From NCBI GenBank assembly GCA_963704805.1, contig CAVPHS010000002.1, positions 260,709-324,708 of the forward strand: DNA of 64,000 nt. The letters run 5' to 3'. Numbering within the stretch: position 1 is the first letter of the stretch; each line of letters begins with the position of its first letter. Shown piece after piece: positions 17,706 through 25,730 of the stretch. The stretch is from an uncultured Gemmatimonadales bacterium. GTDB taxonomy: Bacteria > Gemmatimonadota > Gemmatimonadetes > Gemmatimonadales > GWC2-71-9. The notes below the pieces were generated by a model. The model worked only from the letters and a program-made list of their open reading frames with translations, was not told the DNA's origin and did no database searches. The translations under genes and the position numbers were made by a program.

Positions 17706-17828
17706 GCAACGACTAGGCCACAGACGCAGCAGCGGGCCGCAGGCAATAGGAAACGGGACAACCCTCGCGAGGATTGTCCCGTTGACTATTTTCGGTTTAC
17801 CGCGGCGCGTCTGCGGCCTAGTCGTTGC
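17706..17828. repeat. 123-bp nested inverted-repeat element (22-bp terminal arms with 1 mismatch, plus an inner 10-bp stem enclosing the palindrome CCTCGCGAGG)
   Basis: The left arm gcaacgactaggccacagacgc (17706..17727) pairs with the right arm gcgtctgcggcctagtcgttgc (17807..17828). The inner stem is aacgggacaa (17752..17761) / ttgtcccgtt (17774..17783). It lies between convergent genes. Confidence 0.8.
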
Positions 17829-17846
17829 AGGTCCGCGCTGTTGTTC

Positions 17847-18236
17847 TTATGAAAGCTCGTCCCACGCCATCGCCGCCGACTTGTGGCAGCGCGTGCACGC
17901 CATGTCGTTCGTCCGCGCGTCGATGCCCTGGCGATGCCGGCAACTCGGGCACACCGCGTACGTGAGTGGAAACGGCCGTCCCAGTCGCTCGATCATGCGC
18001 GGCTCGCATTGCACGATCGTCCACCGCTCCGGCGGATGATACCGGATTTCCAGAAAGCGGCGGTCGACCGGGATGTTGTGCCGGTTCACGTCGAGGACGA
18101 CGATGTTGCTCGAGGAAATGCGCACGACGGGATACCATGCGCCACGACGCAGTGTATGCGCGCCGGCGGGACCGACGCGGGCCCAGCCTTTGACCTGCAT
18201 CTTCGTGGGAGCGATTTGCCGCGGGGCAGTTTCCAT
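17847..18236 (-). CDS. Uncharacterised protein with a C-terminal CPxC...CxRC zinc ribbon (paralogue 2)
   Basis: 129-aa ORF, collinear with 16709..17095 (see that entry). It lies 71 bp downstream of the corrected nrdJ stop. Confidence 0.65.
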   Translation of the reverse strand: METAPRQIAPTKMQVKGWARVGPAGAHTLRRGAWYPVVRISSSNIVVLDVNRHNIPVDRRFLEIRYHPPERWTIVQCEPRMIERLGRPFPLTYAVCPSCRHRQGIDARTNDMACTRCHKSAAMAWDELS

Positions 18237-18307
18237 GACTTTAACACTACCCTCGCGCGCAAGGGCCGGTCGTGACTGGAGTCACAACCGACACGGTCGC
18301 GGCTGGA

Positions 18308-20787
18308 TCAGCCGCATTCCGAAAACCCGCAAACGTGACATTTCGCACATCCCTCGATGAACGCCAACTGCGAGCCACAATCCGGGCACGCACCGATGAA
18401 GTCTTGCTCCGGGCGGCGGGTCCCGAGGAGCGCCGCATCGCCGGCGGGGCCGCGCACGACCTCCGTCGGCGCGGCTGCGGCTGCCCCCCCCCCCCACCCA
18501 TGCTCAGCTCCTGCTGCACGCCCTGCTTCTCCTGCATCCATTTCTCGATCGCGATACCGATCGCGTCGGGCACCGACATCACCTTGTTCGGTCCGAGACC
18601 CACGGCGCGGTCGGAGGAGATCCCGCGCAGCTGGCGGTAGATCTCGGGCAGCGGCACGCCCGAGCGGAGCGCGAGCGAGATCAACCGCCCGATCGCCTCG
18701 ACGTCGGCCATCAGCGCGCCCCCCGCCTTGCCCAGGGACATGAAGACCTCGAACGGCTGCCCCTTGTCGTCCTCGGTGATCGTCACGTACATCGTGCCGA
18801 GCGGCGACTCGATGCGTCGAGTGGAGCCCTTGAGGAGGTCGGGGCGCGAGCGCTTGGCGCGACGCTGCAGGTTCTCCGCCTCCACGTCGTGCAACCGCTC
18901 CTTGGTCAGGTGCAGCTCGGTCTCGAGCTCAGCGATGCGGCTGAGTGCTTCGGTGAGGGCATCCTTCCCTGCCGGAGTACCGGTGCCGACTCCCTCCTGC
19001 ACCTTTTTCGCGGTCGAGCCGGTGGAGAGCACCTGGTTCTCGCGCGCCCCGTCGCGATAGACCGTCACGCCCTTGCAGCCGAGCTGGTAGGCGTAGCGAT
19101 AGATCTGCTCGACGTTCTCCTCGGTCGCGTCGTGCGCGAAGTTGCAGGTCTTGGAGATCGCCGAGTCGGTGAAGTCCTGGAACGCGGCCTGCATCTGGAT
19201 GTGCCACTCGGGCGTCACGTCGTGCGCCGTCACGAACACGCGCTGCCATTTCTGGGGCACGGCGTCGAAATGAATGTGGCCGGCTGCGGCGATCTGCTTC
19301 ATCAAGTCGTCCGAGTACCAGCCCTCGCGCCTGGCGATCGCGACGAAGTCCTCGTTCACGTCGGGCATCAGGACGCCCGCCTGATTGCGCATGAACGCAA
19401 CCGCGAACAGCGGCTCGATCCCCGACGAGCAGCCCGCGATGATCGAGATCGTCCCGGTCGGCGCGACGGTCGTCAGGTTACAGTTGCGCAGCTTCCGCAT
19501 CGGCCGGATCCGCTCACCGTTCGCGTTCCGCGCGCACGTCGCGTCAGGACCCCAAATCGAGCGCTCCCATTCGGCAAAGGTGCCGCGCTGCGCCGCGAGC
19601 TTCTCGGACGCGACCTTCGATTCCTCGTCGATGAATTGCATCAGCGTACGGCCAAGCGTGACGCCGGTCTCGGAGTCGTAGGGGATGCCGAGCCGCACCA
19701 GCAGGTCGGCCCACCCCATGATCCCGAGCCCGATCCGGCGGATTCGCTTCGCCAGATCGTCGATCTCGGCCAGGGGGTATTTGTTGGCGTCGATGACGTT
19801 GTCGAGGAAGTGCGTGCAGAGGTGTACGGCGGTGCGCAGGCCGTCCCAGTCGACATCCCCGTTCTTGACGAACAGGCCGACGTTGATCGAGCCGAGGTTG
19901 CACACGTCGTACGACAGCAGCGGCTGCTCGCCACAGGGGTTCGTGGCCTCGTAGCTGCCGAGGTGCGGCACGGGGTTGTAATGATTGGCGCGGTCGATGT
20001 AGAACACGCCGGGCTCGCCCGTCTTCCAGGCGCCGTGCACGATCTGCTTGAACACGTCGCGCGCGTCGAGCTGGCCCACCACCTTGCCGGTGCGCGGGTG
20101 GATCAAGTCGTACGACGTCCCCGCCGCGAGCGCCAGCATGAAGGCATCCGTTACAGCGACCGAAATGTTGAAATTCGTGACCTGCGTGAGGTCATCCTTG
20201 CAGTGGATGAAGTCGAGGACGTCGGGGTGATCGACGCGCAGAATCCCCATGTTGGCGCCGCGGCGCGTGCCGCCTTGCTTCACGACGTCGGTCGACGCGT
20301 CGTACAGCTTCATGAAGGACACCGGGCCCGAAGCGACGCCCATCGTGGAGCGCACGACGTCATTCTTGGGCCGCAGCCGCGAGAACGAGAACCCCGTCCC
20401 GCCCCCGGACTGATGCACGAGCGCCATGGCGCGCAGCGTGTCGTAGATGCCCGAGCGCCCGTTGGAGAGCGCGTCTTCCACTGGAAGCACGAAGCAGGCG
20501 GACAGCTGGCCAAGGGGACGGCCGGCGTTCATCAGGGTCGGCGAGTTCGGCATCCACACCCGGGTCGCCATCAGCTCGTAAAACGTCTCGGCGAGGCTCT
20601 CGACGGCGCGAGTGGAGGCGCCGTAGGTCTTGTCGGGCGCCGCGATGGTGCGGGCCACCCTCCAGAACAGGTCCTGCGGACGCTCGACGGGCTTGCCCTG
20701 ATCGTCCTTCACGAGATACCGGCGCTCGAGGACGGTCAGGGCGTTATTGCTCAAATCGAGAGGCGTACTAGGGGTGGAAGTAGTCAT
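18308..20787 (-). pseudogene. nrdJ: Class II (adenosylcobalamin-dependent) ribonucleotide reductase; the C-terminal Cys-rich tail is out of frame because of a G12 run
   Basis: The 846-aa ORF (18247..20787) is NrdJ-like throughout (LERRYL, NPCGEQPL, TVAPTGTISI). After ...SMGGGGG it turns into Arg/Pro nonsense. The frame one nt earlier reads AAAAAPTEVV...CPDCGSQLAFIEGCAKCHVCGFSECG* (stop at 18308). Confidence 0.9.
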
Positions 20788-20970
20788 TCGAGCTCGTCCC
20801 TTGACGGTAGAGCGTCACAAGACTTGTGGCGCAAACGGTGAAAGTTAGCGTGGCCGCAGGCCAACTCAAAGCGACGGCGATAACGCGTGGAGGGTCAAGG
20901 TAGAGTTGCCACTGAACCGGGGCAAGACTCGGGACTAATCAGATCGCGACTCACACTCCGAGTATTCACA

Positions 20971-21522
20971 TCACAAAGTTGGTCGCTCGAGCGGAAACGT
21001 CCCGCGACGATGTCGCTCGGCTTCCGCGACGTAGTGCTCCCACGTCCCCGTGATGCGCGCGCGCAGACCCGCGTCGACGTGACGCACGACACGCGCGGGC
21101 ACTCCCATCACCAGCGACCCGGGCGGGACCCGCATCCCCTCGGGAACCACCGCGCCCGCGGCGATCACGCTTCCCGTTCCCACGTGCACGTCGTTGAGCA
21201 GGATGGACCCCATCCCGATCAGACACTCGTCTTCCACAATACAGGCGTGCAGGATGACCCGGTGCCCCACTCCCACGCGCGCGCCGATCAGGGCGGGCTT
21301 TCCTTCATCAACATGCACGATCGTCGCGTCCTGCAGGTTGGTCGCTTCGCCGACCACGATGGGCGCCATGTCGCCCCGCAGCACCGCCTGGTACCAGACG
21401 CTGGAGCGCGGGCCGAGGGTGACATCGCCGAGCACGACCGCGCCGGGCGCGATGAACGCCGTGGGGTGGATCTTGGGCGTGAGGATTACTGCCGCGCCGG
21501 CTGGAACGGCCACTGCACCCAC
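20971..21522 (-). CDS. Gamma-class carbonic anhydrase-like / hexapeptide-repeat protein
   Basis: 183-aa ORF with left-handed beta-helix repeats (IAPGAVVLGDVTLGPRSSVWYQAVLRGD...IGARVGVGHRVILHACIV). The start is uncertain: ATG 21522 overlaps the upstream kinase gene by 37 bp. Confidence 0.85.
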   Translation of the reverse strand: MGAVAVPAGAAVILTPKIHPTAFIAPGAVVLGDVTLGPRSSVWYQAVLRGDMAPIVVGEATNLQDATIVHVDEGKPALIGARVGVGHRVILHACIVEDECLIGMGSILLNDVHVGTGSVIAAGAVVPEGMRVPPGSLVMGVPARVVRHVDAGLRARITGTWEHYVAEAERHRRGTFPLERPTL

Positions 21523-23399
21523 GCTTCGGTCGGCTCACCGTTCTTCTGAGCCGGATTCCAGCGCAGGTGCCTTGCCATATCGAGGGCGTCGTTGTTGAAG
21601 GTTTCCACATTCGAGGGCACGAACACGCGCGCTTCCAGCGTGGTGCCCTCGCGCGAGACTTTCACGAGCAGGATGGCTTGTCGCGGAAAGATCGGAGCGT
21701 CCGGAGACACAGCGATGAGCGTGGGCGACAGCGGCACGGGACGACTGTCGAAACAGAGATTGTCCTGGTTGTACGCCGGTCCGAATTGATCGCAGGGGCC
21801 GGCGGCGTCCTCGCCGTTGCTCTCCATGACCACGCGCATCGTGAACGTTTGACCCGGGGTGATCGTCACCTGGTGGTCGTAGGTCAGGTAGCCCGCAGCC
21901 CGCACCGTCAGACGATGAACTCCGGACGGGAGGTCGACCTGGTTGCCGCTGACCGGCTGACCCTCGATAGCGACGCGCGCCCCGCGCGGCAGCCCCTGCA
22001 GCACCAATCGCCCTGGGGGACCAGAGGGGGGCGGCGGCGGTGGACCGACGATCGCGGTGCGACTGGTATCGACCCGGGGCGTGTCGACCGCCACGGCGGC
22101 GCCAGCAGAATCACGGTGGGCGGCAGTATCCCTCGGGGTCGCGAGCGTCGAATCGGGGCGCAGTGCGTCACTGCCTTTCGCGAAGATCAGGCCCTGCTTG
22201 TACGCGTAGAACCCACCGCCCCCGAACACCGCCCCTACGATGAGGAGCCAGAGCAAGAGACCCGCCAGGACAGAGCGACGGGGCTGTGCCGCGGCAACAG
22301 CGGGAGCGGCGCCGGGGGGGGTACTGCTGCCACCGGGGACCTGTGGACGCGTCCCCGTCGCGCGCGGCAGTGGCGTGGTGGGCGCCGACGCGAGGCGCGC
22401 GCCGGCCATCGCCGGCAGCGCCTGCGTCGCGTCGGTCGTGAACGTCACGGAGCGGCTACCCTCCAGCACGCCGATCAATTCGTCGGCGTTTTGGAAACGC
22501 TGCGCTGGTGTCTTCGCCATCATCTTCCGAATGATTTCGAACAGCGTCCGCTTCTCGGGACTGTCGAGCGGCGGCGTGGGGACCTCCTCCATGATGTGCT
22601 TGTAGCCGATTGAGAAGGAATCCTCACCGTCGAACGGCACGCTGCCCGTGAGACATTGATAGGCAACGACGCCGAGCGAATAGATGTCGCTGCGGCCGTC
22701 CAGCGGCTGCGCCTTGGCCTGCTCGGGACTCATGTAATGGGGCGTCCCGATCGACATCCCGGTGCCCGTGAGCTTGCCACCCGACACCGCCTTCGCGATC
22801 CCGAAGTCGGTCACCACCGCGTGCCCGTGCTCGTCGAACATGATGTTGTCGGGCTTGATGTCGCGATGGACGATTTCCTTCTTGTGCGCGTACGACAGTG
22901 CGCGGGAAACCTCGGCGAGGATGCGGCGGATTTCGAGCGGCGGCAGGGTACCGCGGGTCGCGAGGATACTCGACAGCGGTTTGCCGCGCAGGAACTTCAT
23001 GACGAAGTAGATGATGCGGCCCGATTTGCCGACGCGGTAAATCGGAATGATGTTGGGATGCTCAAGCTTCGCCGACGTGCGGGCTTCGCGCTGGAAGCGC
23101 TCGACGAACTCCCGGTCGAACGCGAGTGAGAAGGGCAGCACTTTGATGGCGACTTCGCGGTCGAGCTGTTTCTCCGTCGCCTTGAAGACGATCGCCATGC
23201 CGCCGCGGCCGAGCTCCTCGAGGATTTCGTATTCCTCGCTGAGCTCCTGGCGCACCATGTCGATTTCCGAGATGTCCGGCGCGTCGGCGCCCGGCCCTCC
23301 GCGGACGCCGGTCGGCGTCGTGACGGTCAGGTCGAGGCCGCAGGAATCGCAGAACTTCGCGGTATCCTTATTCTGGGTGCCGCAGCGGGAGCAATACAA
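21486..23399 (-). CDS. Ser/Thr protein kinase with N-terminal zinc ribbon, TM helix, PEGA domain and a TonB-C-like C-terminus
   Basis: 637-aa ORF. It has MYCSRCGTQNKDTAKFCDSCG and Hanks kinase motifs (AIKVL, HRDIKPDNIM, DFGIAK, SPEQA). The TM helix is LAGLLLWLLIVGAVFGGGGFYAY and the PEGA-like segment is LVLQGLPRGARVAIEG...VHRLTVRAAGY. The C-terminal ~80 aa are TonB-C-like. Confidence 0.9.
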   Translation of the reverse strand: MYCSRCGTQNKDTAKFCDSCGLDLTVTTPTGVRGGPGADAPDISEIDMVRQELSEEYEILEELGRGGMAIVFKATEKQLDREVAIKVLPFSLAFDREFVERFQREARTSAKLEHPNIIPIYRVGKSGRIIYFVMKFLRGKPLSSILATRGTLPPLEIRRILAEVSRALSYAHKKEIVHRDIKPDNIMFDEHGHAVVTDFGIAKAVSGGKLTGTGMSIGTPHYMSPEQAKAQPLDGRSDIYSLGVVAYQCLTGSVPFDGEDSFSIGYKHIMEEVPTPPLDSPEKRTLFEIIRKMMAKTPAQRFQNADELIGVLEGSRSVTFTTDATQALPAMAGARLASAPTTPLPRATGTRPQVPGGSSTPPGAAPAVAAAQPRRSVLAGLLLWLLIVGAVFGGGGFYAYKQGLIFAKGSDALRPDSTLATPRDTAAHRDSAGAAVAVDTPRVDTSRTAIVGPPPPPPSGPPGRLVLQGLPRGARVAIEGQPVSGNQVDLPSGVHRLTVRAAGYLTYDHQVTITPGQTFTMRVVMESNGEDAAGPCDQFGPAYNQDNLCFDSRPVPLSPTLIAVSPDAPIFPRQAILLVKVSREGTTLEARVFVPSNVETFNNDALDMARHLRWNPAQKNGEPTEAWVQWPFQPARQ

Positions 23400-23456
23400 T
23401 CCGGTCTCCGAGGGAACCGGGCTAACATAGGTTTCGCCCCCAGCAGGGTCAACAGA

Positions 23457-25682
23457 CTAGCGATCGACGACTTGGAAACGCTCGGTTCGCGTAACGGTCG
23501 TTCTTGTCGCCGGATCGGCAATCGTGACCACCAGGCGATAGCTCCCTTTCGCGACGTCACGCAATTCGATGCCGCGCTGCACGCGGGTCACGGGCCCGTC
23601 GGAGGGCGCATCGAACTCGAGCAGCACCGGTGAGCGGCCGCCACCGAACAGCCGGCCGATGGCACTGAACAACGATCGCCCGCCTTCGCGCTCCAGGCGT
23701 ACGACCGTGTGATAGGCCGCGCCGCGCGCGAGTCCGTAGATCTCGTAATACAGATTCACGCCGCTGCCCTGCGGGAAGCGCTGCAGCGGGTTGAGTCGCA
23801 CGGTGTCGCCGGCCGCCGTGTGCCAGACGAGCCCCGAGCCGTCGCGTCCCACGACGACGTCGCTCACCGAGAAACGACGCGGATCGAGCGAGTCGACGCG
23901 CGCATCGTGCGTGACGAGATCACCGGCGCCGCCATCCAGCGTCGTGACGAGCAAACGATAGACGTACCGGCCCGTCGGCACCGGCAGCGCGATCCGGCCG
24001 GTCAGGTAATCGGGATGGCGCAGCGGCTGGCGCGCGGTGAACACGCGCAGCGTGTCGTGCTGCGCGACGACGTGGCCCGTGGAGTCGGCCACAATCAACC
24101 GAAACAGCAGCGGATAGCGCAGCCCGCCCGCGGCCTCCGCCGGCGCCGCCGAGAGACGCTCACCAGGAATCGCGAAGACCACATGGAGCAGTTGCCCGCC
24201 ACCTCCCAGGGTATCGCTCGTTTCCTCCCCCGTCTCGAACTCGCTCGCCACAATGTCCATCGGCAGGTCGAAATGGCGTGTGTAGCTGTCGCTCGTCGTT
24301 CCCGTGAGGATGTCGAGCCGGCCATGCGCACGCTCCGTGGCGAGCTCCGTGCCGACGGGCCGATGACTCGCGGCCACCCGCGTATAGATCGCGCCGAAGT
24401 TATGGCGCGAGGCGTAGAGGTCGGCGACCTGCGCATCCAGCACCGTGCCCGCGCGCATCCCTCGGCTGAATCCGAGGACATCGACCAGGCTCTCGACCAG
24501 CTTGTAGTCGCTCACATCGTCGCGCGCCACGAAGTGGAACACCAAGTCTCCCGCAGGACGACGGTACAACCAGCTCTCGTTTGGCTCGACATCGGTCTGG
24601 ACGAAGAGTGCGCGCCGGTCCGGCTCTCCATGCCGCAGGTAGATGATGCCGCGATCGTCGAACTCCGCTTGCGCGGAGCGGTAGCGCTCGGTGACGTCAT
24701 AGTGACGATGGCGGCTGACGAGACGAAAATCGTGGCGGGCCTGGAACCAGCGGCGGTAGTGCTCGGCGAGCCGCTCGCCCACATCGCGCGCGTCCACCGC
24801 GTCGCGCTTGCCCCAGAACTCGGCGAGCCATGCGGCGCGCGCGCCCGGGGTCGAGAGCGCGTCGAATGCCCTGAGCTCGGCGGAATCCGCGATCCACGAG
24901 AGGTCGAGACGGTAGAGCGCCACAGCCGCGGGTGAGCGTGCAACGCGCGCGCCGGTGAAGTACGCGGTCCAGCCGTCCTGAGGCCGGCGCGCAAGGTAGG
25001 AGGTGCGCGCGACTTCCAGAAAGCCGATTCCCGAATCCCCCGCGAGGTCGACATAGGCGCGGAACGCGGCCAGCGCCGAGTCGGTCTCCCCCGCCTCACG
25101 TTCGACGCGGCCGCGGACCAGCTGCACATCCGGGTGGTGTCCCGCCGGTGAGGCCGCCGCCATCCGGACGGCACTCAGCGCGACATCGAGCCGCGGGCGG
25201 ATGCGCTGTGTCAGGGCGGTGTTCGCGAGATCGACGACGGCGGATGCGAAAGAGGGATCGGCCTCAGTCGCCCGCGCAAACGCCTTCGCGGCTTTGGAGA
25301 GATAATCCTTGCCGAGCATCTGTTTCAGGTTTTCGACCGCGATCGCGCTGGCCTCGCCCACGGCCAGCTCGGACAGTCCCTGCCCATACCACGCATAGGG
25401 CCAGTCGGGTCGCAGCTCGCCCGCCCACTGAAATTCCCCGGCTGCGTCGTCGTAGTGCGATTTGTCTTTCGTGAGCTCGCCCAGCCGGTACGCGATGAAT
25501 CCGAGCCGCAGGTGAATGAGGGGATCGTCGCGATTCTGCTTGGCGACCGCGACCGTCGCGGTCTCGAGCCGCTTCAGCGAAACACTGTCCTCGACCTGGC
25601 TCAGCGAGTCGCGCAACGACTCCAGAGTGGCGCGATCAGCGGGAGCCTGAACCAGGGCGGCGAGGATGAGCAGCACAGCCAT
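23457..25682 (-). CDS. GWxTD-domain-like secreted protein with an N-terminal TPR-like region (tentative family)
   Basis: 741-aa ORF with a signal-like N-terminus MAVLLILAALVQAPA. EFWGKRD...EFDDRGIIYLRHGEP...ESWLY resembles the GWxTD domain layout. Confidence 0.6.
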   Translation of the reverse strand: MAVLLILAALVQAPADRATLESLRDSLSQVEDSVSLKRLETATVAVAKQNRDDPLIHLRLGFIAYRLGELTKDKSHYDDAAGEFQWAGELRPDWPYAWYGQGLSELAVGEASAIAVENLKQMLGKDYLSKAAKAFARATEADPSFASAVVDLANTALTQRIRPRLDVALSAVRMAAASPAGHHPDVQLVRGRVEREAGETDSALAAFRAYVDLAGDSGIGFLEVARTSYLARRPQDGWTAYFTGARVARSPAAVALYRLDLSWIADSAELRAFDALSTPGARAAWLAEFWGKRDAVDARDVGERLAEHYRRWFQARHDFRLVSRHRHYDVTERYRSAQAEFDDRGIIYLRHGEPDRRALFVQTDVEPNESWLYRRPAGDLVFHFVARDDVSDYKLVESLVDVLGFSRGMRAGTVLDAQVADLYASRHNFGAIYTRVAASHRPVGTELATERAHGRLDILTGTTSDSYTRHFDLPMDIVASEFETGEETSDTLGGGGQLLHVVFAIPGERLSAAPAEAAGGLRYPLLFRLIVADSTGHVVAQHDTLRVFTARQPLRHPDYLTGRIALPVPTGRYVYRLLVTTLDGGAGDLVTHDARVDSLDPRRFSVSDVVVGRDGSGLVWHTAAGDTVRLNPLQRFPQGSGVNLYYEIYGLARGAAYHTVVRLEREGGRSLFSAIGRLFGGGRSPVLLEFDAPSDGPVTRVQRGIELRDVAKGSYRLVVTIADPATRTTVTRTERFQVVDR

Positions 25683-25730
25683 ACTGCTGGATTATAAGCT
25701 CGGTGGGGAGGGTCCAGCTTGCGGGGTGCG

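Noticed and set aside
20788-20970. Possible cobalamin riboswitch in the nrdJ leader (GGTGAAAG and GCCACTG strings).
   Set aside because: Those strings are on the plus strand, antisense to nrdJ, with no plus-strand gene downstream. On the sense strand I see no B12 box or GGGAA/GGUGAAA core. A cmsearch with RF00174 would settle it.
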